Below, piece after piece: positions 1-10,300 of a stretch of DNA of 53,849 nt (position 1 is its first letter; each line of letters begins with the position of its first letter). This DNA comes from a virus. Its lineage: Duplodnaviria > Caudoviricetes. A program made the position numbers and the translations under genes. Location: positions 1-53,849 of IMG/VR virus record IMGVR_UViG_3300047457_000833; one strand, given 5' to 3'. The notes below the pieces were generated by a model. That model was not told the origin of the DNA and did no database searches. It saw only the letters and a program-made list of their open reading frames with translations.

Positions 1-138
1 GGGCAACCTGTCGCTCAACGCCGAGGAAGTTGGCCCGATGCTTCGCAAGATGGCAGAGACCAACGGCGAACTCGTTGACGCTGTGATGGGCGCACTGTCG
101 TCCGCTAACGCACAGGCAGAGGCCGCTAACATCTTCGC
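1..138. repeat. Terminal direct repeat / circular assembly overlap, copy 1
   Basis: Identical to 53712-53849 except T127/C53838 and C136/T53847. Confidence 0.95.
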
Positions 139-310
139 CGAACTCGGAACCGCGCATCGCCCAGATTCGGGTGACGCATTCAGTCGCATGACCAAGATGG
201 CGAAGGCTGCCGTCGACGCAGGCGAACACAAGACGATTGAGCAGGCGATTTCCGCGCTGGTCGTATCAAACCCCGAACTCTACGACGCATACCGTCAAGA
301 GAACCGCTAA
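1..310 (+). CDS. 3' part of capsid scaffold protein (begins at 53260 and crosses the junction; about 253 aa)
   Basis: In frame with the ORF starting at 53260 through the terminal overlap; helical, ends NPELYDAYRQENR just upstream of the capsid genes. Confidence 0.8.
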   Translation, partial: GNLSLNAEEVGPMLRKMAETNGELVDAVMGALSSANAQAEAANIFAELGTAHRPDSGDAFSRMTKMAKAAVDAGEHKTIEQAISALVVSNPELYDAYRQENR

Positions 311-328
311 ACAAGGAGCGAAACCAAC

Positions 329-721
329 ATGGCCTACGAAATTGCCAACCACGCAGTCCGCATCACGCTCGAGGCTGGTGAAGACCTCTCGGCGAAGCAG
401 TACTACTTCGTGAAGATCTCGTCAGGGAAGGCTGTTGCTTGCGCTGCAGCGACCGACGCACCAATCGGCGTTCTCCAGAACGACCCTGCATCGGGCGAAG
501 AAGCATCCATCGTCGTCGTCGGCGGCACGAAGATCGTGTCCTCGGCCAGCATCGCTGCAGGCATCAAGATCGGCACGAGCAGCGCAGGTAAGGCCGACGC
601 AAAGGTCGCAGGAACCGACACCACCGAGTACACGGTCGGTCAGGTCATCCTCGGTGCTGGTGCGGATGGTGAAATCCTCACCGCAGTCGTCAACTGCGCG
701 TCCCCGAACCGCGCGGCATAA
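329..721 (+). CDS. Capsid cement/decoration protein (DUF2190-like)
   Basis: AAGGAG RBS; 130 aa Ala/Gly-rich, IGVLQNDP motif; lies between scaffold and major capsid genes. Confidence 0.7.
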   Translation: MAYEIANHAVRITLEAGEDLSAKQYYFVKISSGKAVACAAATDAPIGVLQNDPASGEEASIVVVGGTKIVSSASIAAGIKIGTSSAGKADAKVAGTDTTEYTVGQVILGAGADGEILTAVVNCASPNRAA

Positions 722-751
722 CCCGTCTAACAGGAAACAGGAGCAACAACC

Positions 752-1702
752 ATGCCACAGCCCACCCAGAATCAAGTCCATGTTGACGCGATCCTGACCA
801 ACATCTCGGTCGCGTACCTGCAGAAGCAGGACAACTTCATCGCCAGCAAGGTGTTCCCAATCGTCCCTGTGTCGAAGCAGAGCGACAAGTTCTTCACCTA
901 CACGAAGAACGACTGGTTCCGTGACGAAGCGCAGCGTCGTGCTGATGCCACCGAGTCGGCAGGCGGAGGCTACAACCTCTCCACCGACACCTATCAGGCT
1001 GACGTGTACGCCTTCCACAAGGACATCGGCGACCAGACGCGTGCAAACGCTGACGCGCCGATCAACGTCGACCGTGAAGCCACCGAGTTCGTGACCTCGC
1101 GCATCGCGCTGAAGATGGAGACGCAGTTCGTGTCCTCGTTCTTCACAACGGGTGTGTGGGCAACCGATTCGACGCCGAGCAACCTCTGGTCGGACTACAC
1201 CGCCAGCGATCCGCTCAACGACGTCGAGACGGGCAAGCGTGCAATCCTCTCGACCACTGGTTTCGAGCCAAACACGCTGGTCATCGGCTACGACGTGTTC
1301 AAGAGCCTCAAGAACCACCCAGACCTCGTCGACCGCATCAAGTACACGTCCGCACAGACGTTGACTGCTGATCTCATGGCCAGCCTGTTCGACATCGACC
1401 GCGTGTTCGTTGCGAAGGCTGTGAAGGCCACCAACAACGAAGGCGCGACTGGCGCATACGACTTCACTCACGGCAAGAACGCCCTGTTGTGCTACTCCGC
1501 ACCGTCTGCTGGTCTCCTCCAGCCTTCGGCTGGCTACGTCATGTCGTGGACTGGCGTGTCGGGCGGCCTCGGCGCAACTGTCGGCACGAGCCGTCTCCGC
1601 ATGGAGCAGTACAAGGCCGACCGCATCGAAGCCGAAGTGGCCTTCGACATGAAGGTGATCGGCGCAGACCTCGGCTACTTCTTCTCCAGCGTTGTTGCCT
1701 AA
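752..1702 (+). CDS. Major capsid protein
   Basis: 316 aa; VHVDAILTNISVAY N-terminus and FPIVPVSKQSD typical of capsid protein E-like MCPs; GGAG RBS; position. Confidence 0.85.
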   Translation: MPQPTQNQVHVDAILTNISVAYLQKQDNFIASKVFPIVPVSKQSDKFFTYTKNDWFRDEAQRRADATESAGGGYNLSTDTYQADVYAFHKDIGDQTRANADAPINVDREATEFVTSRIALKMETQFVSSFFTTGVWATDSTPSNLWSDYTASDPLNDVETGKRAILSTTGFEPNTLVIGYDVFKSLKNHPDLVDRIKYTSAQTLTADLMASLFDIDRVFVAKAVKATNNEGATGAYDFTHGKNALLCYSAPSAGLLQPSAGYVMSWTGVSGGLGATVGTSRLRMEQYKADRIEAEVAFDMKVIGADLGYFFSSVVA

Positions 1703-1713
1703 GGCGGTAGTCA

Positions 1714-2130
1714 ATGGCTAACCGACTCACTAAGGGCAAGGGGCTTTTCGGCTCTTTGCGCACCAACGGCCCTGTTCGTGCTGCTCGCGTCTCCGAGACG
1801 AAGGCTGCGAACACGGTCGCGGATGGCGCGTCGATGGTGATCACGGCTGCACAGTTCTACACAGATGGAATTGTGTCCGCGACACCCACGACTGGTCGCA
1901 GCATTCAGGCTCCAACGGCGGCGTCGATTATCGCGCTGGCGAACGGATACACGACGGGTGACACTTTTGATTTCACGCTCATCAATCTGGCGGCGGCTAC
2001 GCACGCTTTGACGTTGACTGTGAACACGGGTCTCACCATCGTGGGGTCTGCATCGGTTGCGGCGGCAACGAGCGGCACATTCTTGTGTCGTATTGCTTCG
2101 TCGACTACGGTGGTGTTGTACCGCAAGTAA
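1714..2130 (+). CDS. Putative virion structural protein
   Basis: Thr/Ala-rich, directly after the MCP gene. Confidence 0.55.
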   Translation: MANRLTKGKGLFGSLRTNGPVRAARVSETKAANTVADGASMVITAAQFYTDGIVSATPTTGRSIQAPTAASIIALANGYTTGDTFDFTLINLAAATHALTLTVNTGLTIVGSASVAAATSGTFLCRIASSTTVVLYRK

Positions 2131-2170
2131 CTTCGGTTAGAGTGACCGAAGTGTCCGAATCGGAGGAACT

Positions 2171-2368
2171 ATGGCTTACAGAGTGCTCAAGCCCATCCCG
2201 AATGGCGATGGCACATACCATCAAACTGGTGATCTTGTCGATGCTGGCGGCTGGCGCAATCTGCGTGCCCTGATCAGTGGTCGCTACCTTGTTGAGGTTG
2301 TGGAGGCCGTTGAGCCTGAGGTCAAGAAGGCGAAGTCGAAGCGAGTCGCTGCCGACGACGCCGAGTAA
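2171..2368 (+). CDS. Small head-associated protein (resembles 5401-5580)
   Basis: GGAGG RBS; MAYRV...GDLVD pattern. Confidence 0.6.
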   Translation: MAYRVLKPIPNGDGTYHQTGDLVDAGGWRNLRALISGRYLVEVVEAVEPEVKKAKSKRVAADDAE

Positions 2369-2389
2369 GGCTGAGGCGGCGGTAGTCGC

Positions 2390-2788
2390 ATGGCGTGGAC
2401 ATACTCTGGTGATCCAGCAGGCTCTGCACGGGACAAGGTGCGTTTCCTCATTGGGGACACTGACACAACCAACCAGTTACTGAACGACGCAGAAATTGCG
2501 TTCCTGCTCGACCAGTGGAACAACAACGCTTACATCGCCGCTTCGGAGGCCTGTAACTCGCTGGCTGCGAAGTTCTCGGCAAAGAGCGACTATTCACGCT
2601 CGGTTGGTGATCTGTCTATCTCCACGCAGTACGGCCAGCAGGCCGACAGATACGCCTCGTTGGGTGGTCAGTTGCGTGCGCAGGCGACCGCATCCGCGCC
2701 TCCTTCGCCTACGTTCTACACGAACGATGCTGGAGATGTCGGTCATGCATCAAAGTTCTACATCGATATGGACGCCAACCTCGAATGA
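2390..2788 (+). CDS. Head-tail adaptor
   Basis: WTYSGDP...DKVRFLIGDTD...LLNDAEI motif; position. Confidence 0.7.
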   Translation: MAWTYSGDPAGSARDKVRFLIGDTDTTNQLLNDAEIAFLLDQWNNNAYIAASEACNSLAAKFSAKSDYSRSVGDLSISTQYGQQADRYASLGGQLRAQATASAPPSPTFYTNDAGDVGHASKFYIDMDANLE

Positions 2789-3120
2789 TTCCAACCTCGA
2801 TTGAACCAGCGTTCCTCGAGTTGATGCCTTCCACCGTGACGATTAACTCGGTGTCCTCAACGAACGAGTACGGGATTCGCACGTTCGGCTCGTCAACGAC
2901 GGTGTCGTGTCGCATCCAGAAGTCCTCGAGGCTGGTGATCACAGAGGACGGGAAGCAGGTTCCAGAGGAAGGCCGCGTGTACTGCTATGGCACGGCGACA
3001 GTGACCGTGAACGACAAGTTGACGCTGCCCGATAACACAGTTGTGCCGATCTTGTCGGTGGAAACGAGGAATAACGAGGCAGGAGCGTTCGTTACAGTTA
3101 TTTCATTTGGACGGGCATAA
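2785..3120 (+). CDS. Head closure/stopper protein
   Basis: 111 aa beta-rich, NEYG motif, ATGA overlap with adaptor gene. Confidence 0.6.
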   Translation: MIPTSIEPAFLELMPSTVTINSVSSTNEYGIRTFGSSTTVSCRIQKSSRLVITEDGKQVPEEGRVYCYGTATVTVNDKLTLPDNTVVPILSVETRNNEAGAFVTVISFGRA

Positions 3121-3563
3121 TGGCCCGTAAAACACTGGTAAACGTGGAACTTGAGGGACTGCGCAAGTTCATTCAGAAGTTCAATTTGTCTGCGCAGCAA
3201 GTTCTTCCTGAGATGGGTGGAGCAATCTACGAAGAAGCCTCGGTTATCGCCGATGAAGCAGACATGCTTGTTCCGTATGACACGGGTGCGTTGGCCTTGT
3301 CGCAGATCGTGCACTCTCCTGCCTATCAAGGAAACCGTGTGTACGTCGACATCACATACGGTGGCCCTTCGGCTCGTTATGCTGAAGTGCAGCACGAAAA
3401 CATGGAATTCAACCACCCGTCGCTCGCTTCAGGTCTCCCACCTAACGGTCGGCAGGCTAAATATCTAGAAGATCCGCTCATGGAGTCCGTCGACGGTGGC
3501 CGCCTAAGTCAAGTTTTGGCGTGGCGTATCGAGGCGCGTCTGCTCCGCAAGATGGGCTACTGA
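3120..3563 (+). CDS. HK97 gp10-like tail completion / minor capsid protein
   Basis: VPYDTGAL-S, YAEVQHE and AKYLEDP motifs. Confidence 0.7.
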   Translation: MARKTLVNVELEGLRKFIQKFNLSAQQVLPEMGGAIYEEASVIADEADMLVPYDTGALALSQIVHSPAYQGNRVYVDITYGGPSARYAEVQHENMEFNHPSLASGLPPNGRQAKYLEDPLMESVDGGRLSQVLAWRIEARLLRKMGY

Positions 3564-3564
3564 T

Positions 3565-3963
3565 ATGGCTCTTTTGGATGCGCTCGCCACACAACTCGTC
3601 GCCGATGGGGTAGGAACGCTCGGCACAACCATTTTCCTCGGCTACATGCCACCCACCCCTGACGCGGTTGTGGTGATCTACGAAGGACGCGGAAACGGCC
3701 CAGATCACGTGTTCGGCTCAAGCGTGTCAGGCATTGACCGTCCTCAGGTGCGTGTGCTGGTGCGTGCAGGACGCAACGATTACCCTGCGGCTCGAGCCAA
3801 AGTGGTTGCTGTTCGGAACAGTCTCGGATCAATCCAAAACGAAACCGTCTCGGGCGTGGCTTTCCTGTCGGTTCAGGCCACATCCGATTATTATCCTGTG
3901 CGTCTCGACGACAAGGAACGCGCCATGTTTGGGCTTGATTTCGTCGCATGGATCAACAACTAG
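3565..3963 (+). CDS. Tail terminator-like protein
   Basis: TIFLGYMPPTPD, RPQVRVLVRA and DDKER motifs; position. Confidence 0.65.
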   Translation: MALLDALATQLVADGVGTLGTTIFLGYMPPTPDAVVVIYEGRGNGPDHVFGSSVSGIDRPQVRVLVRAGRNDYPAARAKVVAVRNSLGSIQNETVSGVAFLSVQATSDYYPVRLDDKERAMFGLDFVAWINN

Positions 3964-4103
3964 TCGACCCCTACGGGCGGAACGCCTCCCAGAGCGACGA
4001 AAACCTGCGTTGTTGGCGTTGTAACAGGCTGCTCGCCCTGCTCGTCACAAGGCCGTATGTCATCGTGTGTGCGCGTTGTAAAGCGTCTAACAAGGGAACA
4101 TAA
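3948..4103 (+). CDS. Mu Com-like zinc-ribbon regulator (51 aa, absent from the ORF track)
   Basis: Translates MDQQLVDPYGRNASQSDENLRCWRCNRLLALLVTRPYVIVCARCKASNKGT, with the RCxxCxxLL...CxRCKxxN pattern. Confidence 0.7.
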   Translation: MDQQLVDPYGRNASQSDENLRCWRCNRLLALLVTRPYVIVCARCKASNKGT

Positions 4104-4195
4104 CGGGTCACGTTATGTCCTTTGTGCGGAAGTGGTTGCTGAAAGGCGTTCCTCATAGCCATGCTGTAGGCGGTCAAACAACAGAGGAGGAGACC

Positions 4196-4438
4196 ATGTC
4201 AACACAAACCCCAGAAGCACCCATAATTGACAGCGAGGCGGCTATCGCCAATGCGCGACGCAAAGACATTCGCGCCCAAGCAGCCAGCACACAGTCCGAA
4301 CTTGACAGTTTGGCAGCCGAACTGTACGCAGAACTCGGATCATGGGCGAAGGTTGCCGAGCAACTTGGCTACGCCAACGGTGCAGTAGCGCGACGCGCTG
4401 GTTTGCGCCACAGAGGCCGTATGGAGATCAACGACTAA
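4196..4438 (+). CDS. Small HTH protein
   Basis: GAGGAGG RBS; SWAKVAEQLGYANGAVARRA helix-turn-helix. Confidence 0.65.
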   Translation: MSTQTPEAPIIDSEAAIANARRKDIRAQAASTQSELDSLAAELYAELGSWAKVAEQLGYANGAVARRAGLRHRGRMEIND

Positions 4439-4530
4439 GGCTCGGTCAAGCATCAAACTTGCTAGGGTGACTTAGCATCAGTGAATAGCGTCGACGCGGA
4501 CACGGATTCCGCTTTATCTCAGGTGGCTGA

Positions 4531-5073
4531 ATGGCACGCAAATTCTCGTTAAGTATCGGCATAGTTTTAGTCAGTTTGATAGGGACGGTGGCGTGGGCGT
4601 CGCCTCTCAAAGCACCAGACGCCCATGTCTATGCTGATCCTTTGGCAGCGCGAGCCAACCAGATCACAGCCGTCGAGGAGCGATCCGTGTCCGTGCCGTC
4701 GTCCTTCAGGAAGGGTGACTGCCGATGGATGAATATCCTTGCCCTCGAGGCAGGCTTCGAGCGCAGCGACCTTCCGACCCTTCGATTTCTCGCTCGACGC
4801 GAATCGGGCTGCTGCCCGAACGTACGCGGAGGCGATGTGACGGATCAGGACTGCAATGTGCTGAAAGTCGTCGACTGGTCACATAGGTCAGACTCGGGCC
4901 TCCTTCAGATCAACGGAGTCCACTGGAAGAAAGACCACCCCGAATATCGGGGTCTGGTTTGCCGTGAAATGAGAGTGTGCTCTCAAGAACCCCTATTCGA
5001 TCCGCTCACCAACCTGCGCGCAGCCAAACTGCTCTACGACGTCGCAGGATGGTCGCCTTGGGGATTGGACTAG
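4531..5073 (+). CDS. Secreted/membrane-anchored lytic transglycosylase (SLT-like)
   Basis: N-terminal hydrophobic segment; RESG catalytic Glu, SGLLQIN, DPLTNLRAA, GWSPW. Confidence 0.75.
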   Translation: MARKFSLSIGIVLVSLIGTVAWASPLKAPDAHVYADPLAARANQITAVEERSVSVPSSFRKGDCRWMNILALEAGFERSDLPTLRFLARRESGCCPNVRGGDVTDQDCNVLKVVDWSHRSDSGLLQINGVHWKKDHPEYRGLVCREMRVCSQEPLFDPLTNLRAAKLLYDVAGWSPWGLD

Positions 5074-5128
5074 ACCCCTGTTGTGAACCGTACTGTTCGG
5101 CTGCTGATCTGGCAGACTGACCAGCCCT

Positions 5129-5314
5129 ATGACTCACAACTCAACACACGCGGTTGATGCCGCCACTATCTGCGAAGCCATCCGACTCCTTCAACGCACT
5201 TGGGTAGGAAGAGGCGACGAGGAACGCCTATTTAATGTGATCGGCCAACTGCGCGGCAGTCTTGCAACCCCACTTGATAAAGGTGCTTCTCGGGTCGTGA
5301 TACCATCGCGTTAA
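5129..5314 (+). CDS. Hypothetical protein
   Basis: 61-aa ORF filling the gap on the coding strand. Confidence 0.4.
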   Translation: MTHNSTHAVDAATICEAIRLLQRTWVGRGDEERLFNVIGQLRGSLATPLDKGASRVVIPSR

Positions 5315-5400
5315 ACGTGTCCAAGTGACCTCGGTGCTCCCAAGTGCCCATTGTGGTCGGGGCGTGTCGAGGCCGCTACGCGTCTGACATTGGGAGCAAC

Positions 5401-5580
5401 ATGGCAAAGTATCGAGTCACGACAGGATTGGATTACCCTCCGAACAAGCGCGCCGAGGCAGGCGACGTCGTGTCTGATTTGCCACCCAAGTCCATCAAGT
5501 GGCTGCGTGAGCAAGGTCTAATCGAGCAGGTTGACGGCGTTGAGGCTGCTGATCCTGTGACAGAGGAAGAGGAGGCCTGA
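5401..5580 (+). CDS. Small virion-associated protein (resembles 2171-2368)
   Basis: GGGAG RBS before ATG 5401; MAKYRV...AGDVVSD...WLREQGLIE. Confidence 0.65.
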   Translation: MAKYRVTTGLDYPPNKRAEAGDVVSDLPPKSIKWLREQGLIEQVDGVEAADPVTEEEEA

Positions 5581-5581
5581 G

Positions 5582-6307
5582 ATGGCGTTTCTGCACGGCA
5601 AAGGCACACGCGTCCTGCACGGTGCTTACGACCTCACGACCTATCTGAACGAGGCCTCCGTCTCCCACGACGTTGAGGCGAATGAAACGACCACTTTCCA
5701 GTCGTCGGGATCGGCCAAAACCTATGTTGTCGGTCTCCGCGATGCGGCTGTCTCGGCGTCGGGCCTGTTTGACGGCTCATCGGACGCGATTGACCAAGTT
5801 CTGACCGCTTCCATCGGCTCGGATTCACTTGCGCCAATCACGATTGCCCCAGACGGCTTCACGGTTGGCAACGGTGTGGTGATCGCTCTCGCCAAAACGA
5901 CTTCCTACGAGGTTTCATCGCCTGTCGCCGACGTTGTTTCTGTTTCTTACGACGCCCAAACCGATGGCGGTGCTGATCGTGCTGTGTCTTTGGCAGCGTT
6001 GGCGTCTGTCTCGAGCACAGGCAACGGAACATCGGTGGATAACTCGGCCTCGAGCACTGGTGGAGGGATCGCACAGGTTCACGTCACCGTTAATACTCGA
6101 AGCGCGGCCACAACACTCAAAGTGCAACACTCTGCCGACAACTCGACGTGGGCCGATCTGGCCACCTTTACTTCGGTGACGAGCACCCAAGTAACTTCGG
6201 AGCGCGTAGCGGTTTCTGGAACGGTCAACCGTTACCTGCGCGCCACACACACCATTGCCTCAGGCACTGGTGCGCTAACATATCAAGCATCGTTCGCAAG
6301 GCGATAA
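5582..6307 (+). CDS. Tail tube-like protein with C-terminal beta-rich extension
   Basis: N-terminal ~125 aa paralogous to 6320-6739 (MAFxHGK, ETTTFQSSGSAKTY, TSYEVSS). Confidence 0.7.
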   Translation: MAFLHGKGTRVLHGAYDLTTYLNEASVSHDVEANETTTFQSSGSAKTYVVGLRDAAVSASGLFDGSSDAIDQVLTASIGSDSLAPITIAPDGFTVGNGVVIALAKTTSYEVSSPVADVVSVSYDAQTDGGADRAVSLAALASVSSTGNGTSVDNSASSTGGGIAQVHVTVNTRSAATTLKVQHSADNSTWADLATFTSVTSTQVTSERVAVSGTVNRYLRATHTIASGTGALTYQASFARR

Positions 6308-6319
6308 GGAGCACAAATC

Positions 6320-6739
6320 ATGGCTTTCGTTCACGGAAAATCGGCAGCATTCAAGTTGGATGACTCGGGCGGCACGCTGCGTGACCTGTCCACGTACCTC
6401 GACGAAGTGTCGATGCCGCGCGACATTGAGACCGCTGAGACGACCACTTTCCAGTCGTCTGGCTCCGCCAAGACCTACATCACAGGCCTGACCGACGCCA
6501 CGATCTCGATTTCGGGCAAGTTCGATGCAACCGCAGACGGCTACCTCGCAGGAGTCCTCGGGCAGGCAGCAACACTGTCTTTCGAGTATGGCCCGTCAGG
6601 AACCACCGCAGGCATGATCAAGTACTCGGGCGAATGCATCATGACCTCGTATGAGGTTTCCTCGTCGGTCGGCGACGCTGTGTCGGCTTCCGCAGATTTC
6701 CAGATCACTGGAGCGATCACTCGCGGCACTTGGTCGTAA
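6320..6739 (+). CDS. Major tail tube protein
   Basis: 139 aa, AAGGAG RBS, directly before the tail chaperone; YSGECIMTSYEVSS...FQITG. Confidence 0.75.
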   Translation: MAFVHGKSAAFKLDDSGGTLRDLSTYLDEVSMPRDIETAETTTFQSSGSAKTYITGLTDATISISGKFDATADGYLAGVLGQAATLSFEYGPSGTTAGMIKYSGECIMTSYEVSSSVGDAVSASADFQITGAITRGTWS

Positions 6740-6774
6740 CCTGTAGGCTGTAAGCCTCAACACAAGGAGAAGGC

Positions 6775-7125
6775 ATGAGTCTCAAAGACAAGATTCTGAA
6801 CATCAACGACGTCACCCGTGAGGTGGTGAAAATTGACGAGTGGGGTCTCGAGGTAGAGGTGCGCTCGATGACTGGCGCGGCTCGAGCAGCCATCGTTCAG
6901 GCAGGAGCAGTCGAAGGCAAAAGCCCAGACCTCAACAGGTTCACAGCCGACATTGTGGTGATGTGCACCTTCGATCCCGAGACTGGCGAACAGGTGTTTG
7001 ATGAAACCGACGCTGCTTCCGTCATGGAAAAGAACGGGGCAGCCCTTGAAAAGATCGTCACCGTAGCGATGCGCCTGTCAGGTTTCGCAAAGGACGCGGT
7101 CGACGTCGTGGGAAAAGACTCTTAG
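6775..7125 (+). CDS. Tail assembly chaperone (gpG-like)
   Basis: Between tube and tape measure genes; ends ...VGKDS at a slippery site. Confidence 0.8.
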   Translation: MSLKDKILNINDVTREVVKIDEWGLEVEVRSMTGAARAAIVQAGAVEGKSPDLNRFTADIVVMCTFDPETGEQVFDETDAASVMEKNGAALEKIVTVAMRLSGFAKDAVDVVGKDS

Positions 7126-7307
7126 TCAACCCTGAACGAAGGTTCCTGTTTGACCTCGCAGAGAACCTCGGAAGAACCGTTGAGGAACTGCTCTACGGCT
7201 CGCCTGCGCACCGACCTATCTCTGCTAATGAGATAATCGAATGGGCGGCAGTCTACAAACTGCGCGCCCACGACGCAGAAAAGGCGTCAAGACGCAGAGG
7301 CAGGTGA
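7110..7307 (+). CDS. -1 frameshift extension of the tail chaperone (gpGT-like)
   Basis: G GGA AAA heptamer at 7110-7116; -1 frame reads RLLVNPERRFLFDLAENLGRTVEELL...EIIEWAAVYKL to TGA 7307, 3 nt before the tape measure ATG. Confidence 0.85.
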   Translation, partial: GKRLLVNPERRFLFDLAENLGRTVEELLYGSPAHRPISANEIIEWAAVYKLRAHDAEKASRRRGR

Positions 7308-7310
7308 TCT

Positions 7311-10300
7311 ATGGCAACCGAGATGGAGGTAATCGCTCGAATAGCAGGCGACGCCTCTGGTGCGGTTGACGCGTTCCATCAAGCGTCTGGGGCTGCACAG
7401 GGCTTCCAAAAAGAGATCGACAAGATGAATGCGATGCTTGTCGGGCTTGGAGCAGCCATCGGCACTGCTGGCTACGCGATCACACGCTTCGGCAAGAACG
7501 CCTTCGATGAGGCTGCTCGAGTGTCCGAACTTGATGTGGCTATGACAGCCATCGGTCGGTCAACGGGTGTTGGTGCAGGCAAACTGAAAGAGGCTGCCGC
7601 CGCGATTAAGGCGAAGGGTATTGAGACTGCCGCCGCCCAGAAGATGGCCATCGAATACGCGCAAGGCGAATTAGATCTTGCTGATGCTGCGAAAATTGCG
7701 CGTGTCGCGCAGGACTTGGCGGTTATCTCACAAAAGAACTCGACAGATACAGCGTTGTTGTTGACTCGAGCCATCAAGACTGGTAACTCGCAGTTGCTGA
7801 AATCGGCTGGTGTGTCCCGTCAAGCGTCCGAGGCATACGAGATGTATGCAACGGAACTTGGCAAATCAACGACCGCTTTAACCGCATCTGAACGTCAACA
7901 GGCCATCGTTAACCTGATCATGGATGAGGGTGAGAAGGTTGCTGGCGTTTATGAGGCGGCGATGCAGGAGGCTGGCAAGGTTCTGCGTTCGTTCCCACGC
8001 TTGTTTAACGACATTCAAGTCGCTATCGGCGGTGCTTTAGTAAACGGATTCGGGCCTTTGATCATGTCGGCCTACGACATGGTGAAAGCATTCTCAAAAG
8101 CGATCTCTGAGGGTGGTTCGCTTTACCCAGTTGTGCAGGCACTCGAGATGGTTGTCACGGAACTAGTCCAGCCGTTCGTTAATGCCTTCGACGCGATAAC
8201 CCACTTCATCAAGGGTCTCAAACTGACGGAAGAACAAGTGCCTGCCATCGCCGAAACGATGCGGAAACTTTTGCCCGTCATAACTGCGGTGTCGGCAGGC
8301 TTGTCGGCGTTCGCAGGGAGAAGCCTGCTCGGGAACCTCCCCGTGATCGGCAGATTTGTTGGCGCATTAAACCCGATGGCTATCGCAATAACCACGCTGA
8401 TCGCGCTTTCGCCGCGCCTGCGGTCGTCGTTCACTGGCTTGATGCAGGAAGCCCAGAAACTCATTCCACCCTTATTGAAGATCGCTAAAGCAATTGCAGA
8501 AGCAGCAGCCGAGTTCGTGGACGAGTTCATCATCCCGATGGCCACCGCGCTGCTGAACCTGCTCGGGCCTGCTATTAACGCCATGTCTGGATTCTTGGAT
8601 GCCTTCAGTGGGTCGGCGGATCGAGCGCGAAACGTCACCGAAGCCCTCAAAACTGCTCTGGTCGTTTTAACAGGCGTTTATGTTGGTCTCAAGGTTGTGG
8701 CAGCAGCCCAACTTGCGATCACAAAAGCCCAAGCCATCTGGGATGGAATCCTCACTGTTGCAACCTTTGTGCTGATCGCCGCAACGGACGGCCTCGCAGC
8801 AGCCTTCGCAGCCCTCGGAGTGACGATCACGGCCACAGGCATCGGCGCGCTGGTCATCGTCATCGGACTCGTTATCGCAGCACTGGTTGTCTGGTATCAG
8901 AAGTCGGTCTGGTTCCGCAACATGGTCAAGCAGGTATTTGAGGGTGTGGTGAACTTCTTTATTTGGGTCGTGAACAAAATCATCGAGTACATCAACATTT
9001 ATCTTGGCATGGCAACTAAAATGATCAACGGCCTGATCGGTATCTACAACAAGGTTGCCGCCATCACAGGCCTCCCAAAGATCGACCCCATTGACCCGTT
9101 AGCGATCAAAACCATCGGCTATCTGAACGTCGGCCTCGAGGAAACCGAGAACCGCGTCAACAGGCTCACGGGAGCGTTCTACAAACTGGTCAACGCCCAG
9201 AAACGGGAGAATCAGGCTCGGTTAGACGGCATGGGCTGGCTAGACGCGTGGAATGAAAAGGCCAAAGAACAGTCGCAAGGGCTTGGCGATGGGGCATCAA
9301 AGGCCGATGACCTTAAGAAAAAGATTGACGACCTGAAGCAAAAGACGCTCGAGTACGTCAAGGACGGCCTTGAGAACGCTCGGCAAGCCCTAAAAGAGCA
9401 GCAGAACGCGATGGAAGAATACGCCCAGAGCGTGTCCTCAACCGTTCGCGCACAACTCAACTTCGGCAACGCGATGTCGATGGTGATCCAGAAACGCAAA
9501 GAGGAAGCCGACGAGATCGCTCGTCAACAGGAAGCCCTCAACAATTACGCTGCGAGCATCTCAGGGGCCGTGAGTAAGGTTCTGTCGCTCTCTGGCGTGC
9601 TTGACGATCAGGCGAAGGCCGCTGACGCGCTGGCTAAAGCCCAAGCCGACGTGGCCAAAGCACAGGACGATTTCGCCGACGCAATACTGCGAGGTGATCT
9701 TGAGGACATTGTGAAGGCTCAGGAAGCGTTCGCTAAAGCCACTCAAGAAGCCAACGCTGCACAGTCGCAGCAAATGACGTTCCTTCAGCGTCTCGCCAAA
9801 CAAGCCGAATCGGCAATAGGGTTCGCCGACCGAATCAAGAAACTTGCTGCGGCAGGTCTCACTCAGGCTGCTCTTGATCAAGTAGTGCAGGCAGGCGCGG
9901 TCGCAGGAACGGCTATCGCGGATGAACTGTTGAAGGGTGGCGCGGAATCAATCACGACGGCAAACAAGTTGTTCGCCGACATCGCGTCTGTTGCTGAAAC
10001 CGTAGGCAAAAAGACTGCTGCAACCTACATGTCTGTTGGTGAGGCGGTCGGAGCGAACCTAATGGATGCGTTGGTTGAGCAGTCAAAGAAGGCTGCCTAC
10101 TTCGCGGAGAAAGTGCGCGAACTGCTGGCAGCAGGGCTGTCTCGGGGAGCGATTCAGGAAGTGCTCGACGCTGGCGTGGAGGCTGGCACAACTATCGCTG
10201 AGGAACTGTTGCAAGGTGGTGCTGATCGGATCAAGCAGACAAACGAACTGGTCGATCAGGTTAAAAGCGTCGGCGACGAGTTGGGCAAACTGCTTGCAAA

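Noticed and set aside
422-1714. 430-aa minus-strand ORF
   Set aside because: Antisense shadow of the capsid genes caused by GC-rich codon bias; no recognisable motifs
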